From: Deltaproteobacteria bacterium
Lineage (GTDB): Bacteria; Myxococcota_A; Polyangia; Fen-1088
DNA: 64,000 nt
Direction of reading: 5' to 3'
Assembly: GCA_033763315.1 (NCBI GenBank)
Contig: JANRKS010000005.1
Span: 224,001-288,000, forward strand
Part shown: piece by piece, positions 10,401 through 18,087 of the stretch
Layout: each line of letters starts with the position of its first letter
Position numbering within the stretch: the first letter of the stretch is position 1
Notes under the pieces: model-generated
Database searches by the model: none
The model's input: the letters and a program-made list of their open reading frames with translations, nothing else
Told to the model about the DNA's origin: nothing
Translations under genes and position numbers: made by a program

Positions 10401-12744
10401 CGGCGGACATCAAATTCGCCGCGCGCCGTTGCCGCTCGTCGAGGAGACGCTGCTTTTTTTGGTTTAGCGCTTCGTAAACCTCTTCGCGCTTTCCCGCGAG
10501 CACCGTCAGGTATTCGTCGAATTCAGAGAAGCGCGACTCCAGCTCCTCCATCTGCACCATCAAACGCGAAAGCTGCTCGTCACACGCTTGCGGTGTTTCG
10601 GCCATGCCCACCGCGCTGCTCACGCTCTGTCCGAACAGTTTGAATTGCGCCGCGAACTCAGCCTCGCCTTCGCCTTTGAGCAAGGTTTTGCGACGCGCTT
10701 CCACCGTGGCGCGCAGACGCCCCCACTGCCCAAAGGCTTCCGAGATGCGCTCTAAAATATTGGTGCGCACGGTGGGATCCTCCACCTTCAACCCACCCAC
10801 CACTTCTGAAAGCACGTTGAGGCCGGCGTTGAGGGCCTCCGCTTTTTCGGCCAGTGGCGCCAACGCGCGCGTCTTTTCGACGCTGGCCACCTGATCCACA
10901 AGCTGATTGATCTCCGCCAACACAGGCGTGAACGCATCGTCTTTCAGCAGGAATCCAACGGCGGCGCCGCTGACACGTTCGAACGCTTGCACGCTGGCGG
11001 CTTCAAGCGCTTCCACCCCCTGCACCTGTATATACCGCACCTCTTTGAGGCCGATCAGGTGACCACGTTGGGCGCGTAACTTTCCAAGCGCCTCCATAAA
11101 CGGGGCCACGGTGGTCCAGGTATCGGGCCGCAACGTTTTGAACAGCGCTTCTTGTTGCTCCTGCGCTTCGCTGAATTGTTTCTGCGCCTGCGCCTGCAGC
11201 GCCTGCACCTTCTCGAATTCATCCACCACCAGCTCGGCGGTGTGGCGAATGGCCTGCAGCGGCGCCAGCAAGTGGCTGCCATCGCTGAGCAGCTGGGCGT
11301 CGCCCAACCAGTGGTGCAGATCCATCGTTCGCCCCACGTGCGCGATGAGATCTTCATAGATGCGGCGGGTGGGCTGCGTGTCCTGCACCAAGCGGCGCAC
11401 CGTCAAGGCATCGGAAATGCCGCGCACCAAAGCGGCGTTGCCGATCTTGCCCAACGGCCCCGTGACTTTCGGGGCGCGCGCTGCGGCTTCATCGGAAAGA
11501 AACGGCGTGGTCCACACTTGCATCGGATGCACGCGCGTGGGCTCTTGCGATTCCGCGCGGAACACCATCATGCGGCCGTCTTCGAACAAGCTGTAACCGT
11601 GGCACCGAATGGGCGTCGATACGCGTTTTTCGATCAGGTTGTAGACCAGCAGGATGTAAAGCCCATCGTGCCGCCGGTGAAACACATAAAGCACGTCTTC
11701 GCCATTCGGCGCGCGCACGCTGCGCTCGAACTCAAGATCGGAAAAATCGCCCTCAAAGACCTTGTGTTGGCCGTCTTGCAGGTAATAGCCGCCCGGAAAG
11801 ATCACGCCGTGATCTTCAGGCAGTTCGACGCACGAATGCCCGATGGCGTCGATGCGCACCACTTTTTGCGATCGCGTGGCAAACACCAAATAGCGAAACG
11901 CCTTTTCATTAAACGGCAGGACCTTCAGCAGCACCAACGTGCCGACTTTTGCGTAGAAGATGTCGGCGTCGTCCAACGCTTGGCGTGGATCGTCCACCGG
12001 CTCGCTGTAAATGCCTTCGCCGTCTTCGGTGTTGTTTTCCACCTTCACGGTTAACGTGCCGCTCACGGTCTCCACGAACAGCGTGTTCAGAATGTTCGCG
12101 TGCGGGTGCGTGCCACTGACGTGTTGATCGCGCGTCACCTCCACCCATTCGAAGGTGTGTTGGGGCGGAAAAACAAAATCACGCTCACCCCGGTTGTCGA
12201 TGTAGGAAGGCACGCCATCACGGCCCACGCCCCAGCGAAACACGCGCAGATCCGTGGCGTTGGGCCCCATGCGGAACACGGCCAAGAGCTTGGTGTCGGT
12301 GCGCGATAACTTCGTGAGCCGCGCGTGCTTGTAATACTTATAAAGTTCGGCAAAGTCGCTTGCGAACCGCGGCTCGCGAATCAGCGCGGCGCTGGCGTCG
12401 TTGCTGGCCACAGGCACCAGATCCAGCTCGCCTTCCACGGGCTCGAAGCGATGCACGCTGAACACGTCGGCCACGGTGGTTTCGGTCTTGAGGCCCAAAA
12501 ACACGTTGTAGCCAAACAGCAAATCGTTGCCCACCGTTACGATGTCGGCGGGCACACAGTTGTTTTCGGTGCGCGCGCGGTGGGTGGAAGCCAGCACCAA
12601 TTCAGTGCTGCCAAAAGCCTGCTTACGCGCTTGATTCAACGCCTCGGCGATGCGGCCAAGCGTGCCCGCCTGTTCCACCAAGCGGGCGCGGATCACCTCA
12701 TAGCCATCGCCGATGGCGGCGGGCGGTTGTTCTGATGCGGCCAT
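7486..12744 (-). CDS. Large AAA+ ATPase of the family usually annotated 'DNA repair ATPase' (DUF3686-like beta-rich N-terminus, long helical/coiled-coil region, C-terminal AAA+)
   Basis: 1752 aa; Walker A ISPPGYGKTT, Walker B MLYLDDIQH, sensor-1 VMAGNPY, Arg-finger LANRAD; N-terminal YEVIRARL. Confidence 0.85.
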   Translation of the reverse strand: MAASEQPPAAIGDGYEVIRARLVEQAGTLGRIAEALNQARKQAFGSTELVLASTHRARTENNCVPADIVTVGNDLLFGYNVFLGLKTETTVADVFSVHRFEPVEGELDLVPVASNDASAALIREPRFASDFAELYKYYKHARLTKLSRTDTKLLAVFRMGPNATDLRVFRWGVGRDGVPSYIDNRGERDFVFPPQHTFEWVEVTRDQHVSGTHPHANILNTLFVETVSGTLTVKVENNTEDGEGIYSEPVDDPRQALDDADIFYAKVGTLVLLKVLPFNEKAFRYLVFATRSQKVVRIDAIGHSCVELPEDHGVIFPGGYYLQDGQHKVFEGDFSDLEFERSVRAPNGEDVLYVFHRRHDGLYILLVYNLIEKRVSTPIRCHGYSLFEDGRMMVFRAESQEPTRVHPMQVWTTPFLSDEAAARAPKVTGPLGKIGNAALVRGISDALTVRRLVQDTQPTRRIYEDLIAHVGRTMDLHHWLGDAQLLSDGSHLLAPLQAIRHTAELVVDEFEKVQALQAQAQKQFSEAQEQQEALFKTLRPDTWTTVAPFMEALGKLRAQRGHLIGLKEVRYIQVQGVEALEAASVQAFERVSGAAVGFLLKDDAFTPVLAEINQLVDQVASVEKTRALAPLAEKAEALNAGLNVLSEVVGGLKVEDPTVRTNILERISEAFGQWGRLRATVEARRKTLLKGEGEAEFAAQFKLFGQSVSSAVGMAETPQACDEQLSRLMVQMEELESRFSEFDEYLTVLAGKREEVYEALNQKKQRLLDERQRRAANLMSAAERILQGVGRRAQTLKSVDELNGYFAADPMILKVRELAVRLVELGEGTRADELGSKVKSAQQEALRGLKDKLDLYEDGDNVIRLGKHKFTVNTQPLDLTLVPQAEGEAMALAVTGTDYREAVTDTAFAATRPYWSQTLASETSDVYRGEYLAASMLFAAEAGQGNLSVAALQEARLSPGGLQEHVRKAAASRYDEGYERGVHDADATAILEKLLDLRQAAGLLRFSPQARALATLFWAEGVEASALDKWHRQAGSLARLRALLGPTRAHEELAQELQTAVATFAAKLPDRGATDVAPAAARYLIEELAATQPRFVCSHEAFSIREAFAAHLDRSGQRLAFEEDLRSLQDDLAARLAVARAWIDAFVARPNPGDQDAHATHFAPEVAALLLTERTLDRGTSTARTMTEVTGLLGNHPRIENGTLRLRLDEFLPRLQRFVSERVPGFADYKQQRQALLARERTRLRLDEFKPRVLTSFVRNRLVNEVYLPLVGDNLAKQMGAAGEKKRTDLMGLLLVISPPGYGKTTLMEYVASRLGLVFMKVNGPSLGHEVRSLDPEEAPNATARQEVEKINLALEMGNNVMLYLDDIQHTHPELLQKFISLCDAQRRIEGVWKGRTRTYDMRGKRFCVVMAGNPYTESGDRFQIPDMLANRADTYNLGDILSGKDDVFALSYIENAITSNPVLAPLATRDQADIYKLIRMAQGEVLATTDLSHGYAAVELADIKAVLERLMVVQKTLLRVNQQYIASASTDDKFRTEPPFKLQGSYRNMSKLAEKVVGAMTPEELDRLIEDHYVGEAQTLTTGAETNLLKLAELRGTLSPTQAKRWNDIKHEFVRVKKLGGAEDDPVTRVTGQLSDLGGQLQGIRSALEKPRATTTATEKKDGDGLPHWLADHLGRLDAILHAMEKRPVNLTVQTEAPRGVEEALGQQVAIVERTLIPLVRAAARSLEDRRALEQKIEQLLAALRQPDDVR

Positions 12745-12756
12745 GGGCAGCCGGCC

Positions 12757-14922
12757 TTACTCGAGCCCCAGATCCTGCGCTTGCTTGACCAAACGCTCAA
12801 GCGCCGTGCGTTTGCTGCCATCAGAGGCCGAGATGACGTGGTTTAGCGCGGCCACAATGCTGAGGTTCTTGATGGCATCGGTGCCCACAGCGGGGCGGGT
12901 GAGCACGTCTTTGATGTCGGCGCGCAAGCTGCTTTGCCCCGAAGTGTATTCGCCCGCCAAGTGCGCCAAAGTTTCGCTGTTGGCCAGGGCGCCATCCACC
13001 GCGTGCCCCAAAGACACGGCCTTGAAGAATTTATCGAGGAACTGGCCATCACCACCCACGATGTTGATCTTGGCTTCGGCCAGGGCCTTGCCCATGACTT
13101 CGGCCTGTTGTTCGGACATCGACACGCGGGTTTTGAGTGTTTGCAGCGCCACTTCGGTTTGTTTTTCAAGCCGCAGCCGAAACTCTTCGTGTTCACGAGC
13201 GTCGCCTTTGAGCAGCTGCATGGCTTCGGTCTTTTGCGCCAAACCATGTGCTTCGGCTTCCATCCGCGCTCGAATCGCCGTGGCGTCAGCTGCGCCTGTG
13301 CGTTCGGTGGCCGCGGCGTTGGCTTCTTTGACCCGCACCGTGGCCAGACCCTGGGCTTCCACGCCCGCGGCCTCGGCCGACAACATCAATCGCTTGGCGT
13401 CCGCCTCGGCTTGGCCCAGCTTCGCCACCGCGCCCGCTTCGGCCTCGCGGCCTTTCGCTTGCGCCTGCATTTGCTCCATCGTCACGCGCGCCTGTGCCAT
13501 GCCCACCTTTTCGGTGGCCACCGCGTCGGCTTCCTTCACGCGCACCTGCGCCAAGCCTTCGGCCGCGGCCTCGGCCTGCACACCTTCGGCGATGCGCAGC
13601 TTCGCGCGTGCCGTGCGATCCGCGGCTTCGAGATCGGCATCCGCCTTGGTGATCGCCTGTTTGGCTTCGTATTTGGCCACCTCGGTCTGCGCCTCAGCCT
13701 GCTTGAGCTTAAGCACCACTTGCTCCTGCGCTTTGCCCTCGGCGGTAATCACATGCGCGTCCTTCTGGCGTTTGGCTTCAGCCAGCAGGCGAATGTCTTT
13801 GATGCGCTCTTCTTCTTCCGCCACCTGCTTTTCAACGGCGATGCGCCCCGACACCACATCGGCGATCACTTTGCGTTCCACTTCCAGCGCTTTTTCCTTC
13901 TCGATGCGCTGCAGTTCCACTTGACGCTCGCGCGAGATGGCTTCAAGGTCGCGATCCTTGGTGACGCGTTCGTTTTCCACGGCCACCACGCGCTCGCGGT
14001 TCTTCGCGGCCACTTCCACCTGCCGTTTGCGGTTTTCATCCGCGATCGCAACTTCTTCTTCCTGGCGAATGCGAGCCACCTCGGCCTTTTGCTTTTCTTC
14101 GGCCTGTACGCGCATGGTTTCAGCTTGCTCACGCGCTTGAATGCTCAAAATCTCACGCTGCTGGCGCGCCTGCGCGTCGGCGCGTTGCCGCTCCAGCTCA
14201 AAGATGGCCTCAGCCGATTCCACGTTCTTTTTCGTGATGGCCTTGAGCTCCTCTTGCTTTAGATCGTTCGTGCTCACCTTCTGGGCGGCGGTGATTTCCG
14301 TGATCTTGCGGATGCCTTGCGCGTCCAAGATGTTGCTGGGATCCAGCACTTCCAGCGGCGTTTGCTCGAGGAAATCGATGGCGGCGTCGTCAAGCACATA
14401 ACCATTGAGATCTCGGCCAATGACGTCGATGATCTGGTCGCGGAACTCATCGCGCTTTGTGTAAAGCTCTTCAAACTCCAAGCGCTTGCCCACAGTCTTG
14501 AGCGCTTCGGAAAACTTCGCCACGAACAGCTGTTCAAGCGTGTCGGCGTCGGAGGCGCGCACGCACCCGATCGACTGCGCGACCTTCAGGACGTCTTCGG
14601 CCGTTTTGTTAACACGCACGAAAAATGTGACACGAATGTCGGCGCGGATGTTGTCTTTGCAGATCAACCCTTCTTTGCCCTTGCGGTCGATTTCGATGGT
14701 GCGCACCGAGATGTCCATGACCTCAGCCCGGTGCAAAACGGGAATCACCACCGCGCCCGTGAAGGTGACCGTGGGCTCACTTTTGAGCGTGTTGACGATA
14801 AGCGCCCGGCCTTGATCCACCTTGCGGTAGAACCGCGTGACGAATAAACCCACGGCGAAGAGCAGCACAAAAGCGCCCCCGCCGATCAACAACGCCGCTT
14901 GCAAAGTTCCGTTCAGTTCCAT
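12757..14922 (-). CDS. Flotillin-like SPFH/Band-7 protein (YqiK-like) with long coiled coil
   Basis: N-terminal TM, FYRKVDQGRALIV, GLICKDNIRADIRVTFFVRVN, long AEA/EAEA-rich coiled coil; 12 bp from ATPase start. Confidence 0.9.
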   Translation of the reverse strand: MELNGTLQAALLIGGGAFVLLFAVGLFVTRFYRKVDQGRALIVNTLKSEPTVTFTGAVVIPVLHRAEVMDISVRTIEIDRKGKEGLICKDNIRADIRVTFFVRVNKTAEDVLKVAQSIGCVRASDADTLEQLFVAKFSEALKTVGKRLEFEELYTKRDEFRDQIIDVIGRDLNGYVLDDAAIDFLEQTPLEVLDPSNILDAQGIRKITEITAAQKVSTNDLKQEELKAITKKNVESAEAIFELERQRADAQARQQREILSIQAREQAETMRVQAEEKQKAEVARIRQEEEVAIADENRKRQVEVAAKNRERVVAVENERVTKDRDLEAISRERQVELQRIEKEKALEVERKVIADVVSGRIAVEKQVAEEEERIKDIRLLAEAKRQKDAHVITAEGKAQEQVVLKLKQAEAQTEVAKYEAKQAITKADADLEAADRTARAKLRIAEGVQAEAAAEGLAQVRVKEADAVATEKVGMAQARVTMEQMQAQAKGREAEAGAVAKLGQAEADAKRLMLSAEAAGVEAQGLATVRVKEANAAATERTGAADATAIRARMEAEAHGLAQKTEAMQLLKGDAREHEEFRLRLEKQTEVALQTLKTRVSMSEQQAEVMGKALAEAKINIVGGDGQFLDKFFKAVSLGHAVDGALANSETLAHLAGEYTSGQSSLRADIKDVLTRPAVGTDAIKNLSIVAALNHVISASDGSKRTALERLVKQAQDLGLE

Positions 14923-15186
14923 CGTTAATCCCGTCCGTGTTTCGTGCCGGTGCTACGCCCGTCCATTTATCGGCGTTCTTGGCGCCAAGTTGTGGGAAAA
15001 AATCATTCCTGCGGAGCGAATTTGAACTTGGAGGCGGGGCTCCGAAGCCCCCGACACCGAGTCGGCCGCCAGACAGGGCGAAGGCTGATATCGAAGGACG
15101 GGTGGCGGCTGCGGTTGGGACGTGGTCCCGGCGCATGTTGTCAGATTGTGACGTGCGGCCCCAGCGCGGTTTGCTTCACTTGACCG

Positions 15187-15534
15187 ATGACGGCGCAAAG
15201 GTGTTTGTTGTTGGTCCTTATGTCGGCTTGTGGCGATGCCGCCGGTGTCGCAGTGACGTCGCCATCCACGGACGCGCAGAGACGGGGGGGCCTCGCGCTG
15301 ATCTACCGAGCGCCCACCGCGCCCACCGCACGAAGGGCGCCAGCCAGTTTGGAACGCGCCGAACAACACGCCGAAAACTTCTCTAACGAAGGCTTTGTTG
15401 AGGTTCCGCAACAAACCGGCGGAGCGATCCTAGATTTGTCGGGCCGGTTCAGACACCAATCTAGGTTGCAAATCACGCCAAGCGGGTCGACTGCAATCGG
15501 GTGCGAACGCGAAAGTCATCTACATGCGAAGTGA
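15187..15534 (+). CDS. Small exported protein, resembling the 'post-PEP-CTERM-1'-type partner of the downstream peptidase
   Basis: Signal LMSAC; GGAILDLSGRF...ITPSGSTAIGCE; overlaps the peptidase start by 11 bp. Confidence 0.55.
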   Translation: MTAQRCLLLVLMSACGDAAGVAVTSPSTDAQRRGGLALIYRAPTAPTARRAPASLERAEQHAENFSNEGFVEVPQQTGGAILDLSGRFRHQSRLQITPSGSTAIGCERESHLHAK

Positions 15535-16762
15535 AGGCGCGAGGTTGGCGATCCTGGCTGTGCTCACGCCGCTCTTGCAATCCCCATTTGCTGACGCATA
15601 CGCCGCGACAATCACCATCGTGAACCGCGATGGGCCCGGCGAAGGCTTTAACGATCCGTCCCCGTTTACGGCGGCGGGCGACAACGTGGCTGCGACGTTG
15701 GGGCAGGCGCGGCTCAATGCCTTTTCTTACGCGGCGAAGCTTTGGGGCGCCCGGTTGGTGAGCAAGGTGGAGATCAAAGTGGACGCCCAGATGAACCCGC
15801 TTGACTGTGGATTAACCTATGCGGTGATCGGCAACGCGGGCCCCAACACCGTCGATCGCGATTTTCCCCGCAACGACCCTGCTTATGCACCACCGCGTCC
15901 CAACACTTGGTACGCGCAGGCCGTGGCGAACGCCATTGCCGGCTTCGATCGAACAGCAACCCTTGCGGAGATCTCAGCTGAATTTAACAGCTCGTTGGGC
16001 GCCGGAACCTGCGCCCCCACAACAAGCTGGTACTTGGGCCTTGATGGGCGCGGCGCTTCCAACCAATTGGATCTTGTATCGGTGGTGTTCCACGAATTGG
16101 GTCATGGCCTTGGCTTTTCATCCTTCCTTGACCAATCTAGCGGGGCGAAACTCTCCGGTCGTGACGACGCCTTTACCAATGGCCTCATGTTGGAGGGAGC
16201 CGTGCCGGCCGCATTGTCAGCGATGACCGACGCACAACGACTGTCTGCCATGACAGGCGATCCGAATCTGACTTGGTCCGGCAACGCGACGGCCGTCTAC
16301 CTGCCTCGCCCTACGGCCGGACAAACGAATGGACGCGTCCGATTGCATGCCCCGAACCCGGTCGAGTTCGGATCTTCTGTGGGGCACTTCAGCGCCGCGC
16401 TTGCGCCGAACGAACTCATGGAGCCCTATTACAACGGTGCCAACCACAAGATGGGGTTGGCTTTGCCCGTTTTGAACGACGTCGGTTGGTTGGTGATTCC
16501 CGCCACCGTGCCTGACCACTGTCTAAGCGCGCTCACCGCCAGCAGCGATCTCGACAACGACGGCGTGGTGGACGTCTGCGACAATTGCCCCCAGGTGAGC
16601 AATCCGTCGCAAAGCGATGCGGACGCCAATGGCCAAGGCGACGCGTGCCCTTCCTCGAACGTGAAAAGCGTCCCCGCCACCGATCCTTGGCATCTGGGTC
16701 TGCTCGGCTTCGGGTTGCTGTGGCTCGGTATGGTTTCTCGTGGCCGTCGGTTCAGCGCCTGA
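15524..16762 (+). CDS. Secreted zinc metallopeptidase with thrombospondin type-3-like repeats and C-terminal membrane sorting signal
   Basis: HELGHGLGF, SSVGHF, NELMEP; DLDNDGVVDVCDNCPQVSNPSQSDADANGQGDAC; VPATDPW-TM-RGRR tail. Confidence 0.85.
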   Translation: MRSEGARLAILAVLTPLLQSPFADAYAATITIVNRDGPGEGFNDPSPFTAAGDNVAATLGQARLNAFSYAAKLWGARLVSKVEIKVDAQMNPLDCGLTYAVIGNAGPNTVDRDFPRNDPAYAPPRPNTWYAQAVANAIAGFDRTATLAEISAEFNSSLGAGTCAPTTSWYLGLDGRGASNQLDLVSVVFHELGHGLGFSSFLDQSSGAKLSGRDDAFTNGLMLEGAVPAALSAMTDAQRLSAMTGDPNLTWSGNATAVYLPRPTAGQTNGRVRLHAPNPVEFGSSVGHFSAALAPNELMEPYYNGANHKMGLALPVLNDVGWLVIPATVPDHCLSALTASSDLDNDGVVDVCDNCPQVSNPSQSDADANGQGDACPSSNVKSVPATDPWHLGLLGFGLLWLGMVSRGRRFSA

Positions 16763-16793
16763 GACCAGTTCAGGCGTCGCGCCAAAGCCAGGT

Positions 16794-17513
16794 TCACGCC
16801 GGGTTGTTCGTCGCCAGCCCCGCGTCCAAGCGCTCCACCTCGTAGGCGTGCAGCTCAGCATTCCATGACACCAGCACCACCCGGTCGCCGCGCGCCAGGC
16901 CGTTGCCGGTTGCCGCACGCACCTCCACGATGAGCCCAGCGCCGCCGTCGTCGACCTTGGCTTGCCCAAAGCGCGCGTCCACCTTTCCGGTGGAGATGAC
17001 ACCCATCTTGCCGATCACCTGCGCCCGCGTGGGTGCCTCATGCACCTTGAACAGCGGCCGCAGGGGGCGGCAAAGAAGTCCCGCGATGGGTAACGACAGC
17101 ACAAAAACCACAACCATCAACAGGCTGCCGCGCAGAAGTGGCAACGCACCGGTCACCTTGATTGCGAAGTAACAGCCCCAAAAATTCAGCAGCACCAATG
17201 CGGTGCCGAGCACCGTGAGGGGCACCTGCCGCAAACCCAGTTTCCCCAGCAAGCCCGCGGCATCGCTGATGTGCACGTGATGGGTGTCCCCCCCGACGGC
17301 CGTGGCGGCCGCATGTGCACCGTCAGCCGCGGCGTGTGCCGCATGAAATACAGCATCAGCGGCGTGTGCCGAGGCATCTGTCGCACCATGCATCCCATCC
17401 ACATCCAGGGCGCCGCCGGCCACCAGCAACCAGTAGAGGATTACAAAGCCCAGAGCCACCGTCCACAACACGGTTGGATACACGAGCGACGCCGCGAACA
17501 AGGTCATCAACAT
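16794..17513 (-). CDS. NfeD-like/YqiJ (DUF1449-like) membrane protein with C-terminal OB fold
   Basis: PTVLWTVALGFVILYWL, His-rich loop, LGLRQVPLTV, FGQAKVDDGGAGLIVEVR...RGDRVVLV. Confidence 0.8.
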   Translation of the reverse strand: MLMTLFAASLVYPTVLWTVALGFVILYWLLVAGGALDVDGMHGATDASAHAADAVFHAAHAAADGAHAAATAVGGDTHHVHISDAAGLLGKLGLRQVPLTVLGTALVLLNFWGCYFAIKVTGALPLLRGSLLMVVVFVLSLPIAGLLCRPLRPLFKVHEAPTRAQVIGKMGVISTGKVDARFGQAKVDDGGAGLIVEVRAATGNGLARGDRVVLVSWNAELHAYEVERLDAGLATNNPA

Positions 17514-17617
17514 GTCGTCGACGAATATATCGCACGAGTGTGCAAGCGCGATCGATCATCGCTCTTCACGAAAGCCACTGTTCTTTTTGCACAATTGTTC
17601 TGATAACATCGTGTTCC

Positions 17618-18040
17618 ATGGCGACGAAGCGGAAGTCAGGTGGGGCATCGAAGAGCCCAAAGAAGTCTTCGAAATCGGCTAAAGCGGCGAAAGCCCCTAA
17701 GGCAAAAAAGGCTAAAAAAGCCGGGAAAAAGGCCGCAAAAGGCGCAGCCAAGAAGGGCAAGAAAGCCAAGAAGGTTGCAAAGCGCGGCGCGGGCAAGGCA
17801 GCCAAAAAGGGCGCCAAGAAAGCGGGCAAGAAAGTAGCCAAGAAGGCCAGCAAAAAAGTAGCGAAGGCTCCTAAGGCGAAAAAGGCAGCGAAAGCTGCAC
17901 CGCCAGCAGCCGAAGCTCCAGCGAAGAAGAAGGGCCGTGGCGCGAAGGTAGCTCCCGCTCCGGCACCCGCTTCTGAATCTATGCCTCCTGACCTTTCAGG
18001 CGAAGGTGGCGGCGGTTCAGACGGATCGCAAAGCGAGTAG
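17618..18040 (+). CDS. Histone H1-like Lys/Ala-rich basic protein
   Basis: ATG 17618 MATKRKS; repeated KKA/AKK/KAPKAKK; short acidic Gly/Ser tail. Confidence 0.75.
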   Translation: MATKRKSGGASKSPKKSSKSAKAAKAPKAKKAKKAGKKAAKGAAKKGKKAKKVAKRGAGKAAKKGAKKAGKKVAKKASKKVAKAPKAKKAAKAAPPAAEAPAKKKGRGAKVAPAPAPASESMPPDLSGEGGGGSDGSQSE

Positions 18041-18053
18041 GCGCCCAAACATC

Positions 18054-18087
18054 AGCGAGTGACGTCGGGTCCGCTCGACGTCTCGCT
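18054..18087. terminator. Hairpin between convergent H1-like and amt genes
   Basis: AGCGAG(TG)ACGTCG...CGACGTCTCGCT inverted repeat with 2-nt bulge; no U-tract. Confidence 0.4.

Noticed and set aside
12713-14262. 403-aa and 442-aa plus-strand ORFs
   Set aside because: Antisense shadows of the flotillin coiled-coil region in GC-rich DNA
14923-15186. Possible riboswitch or ncRNA in the flotillin/peptidase spacer
   Set aside because: Only short GC hairpins; no recognisable Rfam-like consensus by eye (an Infernal search would settle it)
14923-16793. Insertion sequence or mobile element
   Set aside because: No transposase, integrase, terminal inverted repeats or target-site duplication visible
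17566-18048. 160-aa Phe/Leu/Ala-rich minus-strand ORF resembling a membrane protein
   Set aside because: Mirror of the Lys/Ala codons of the H1-like gene
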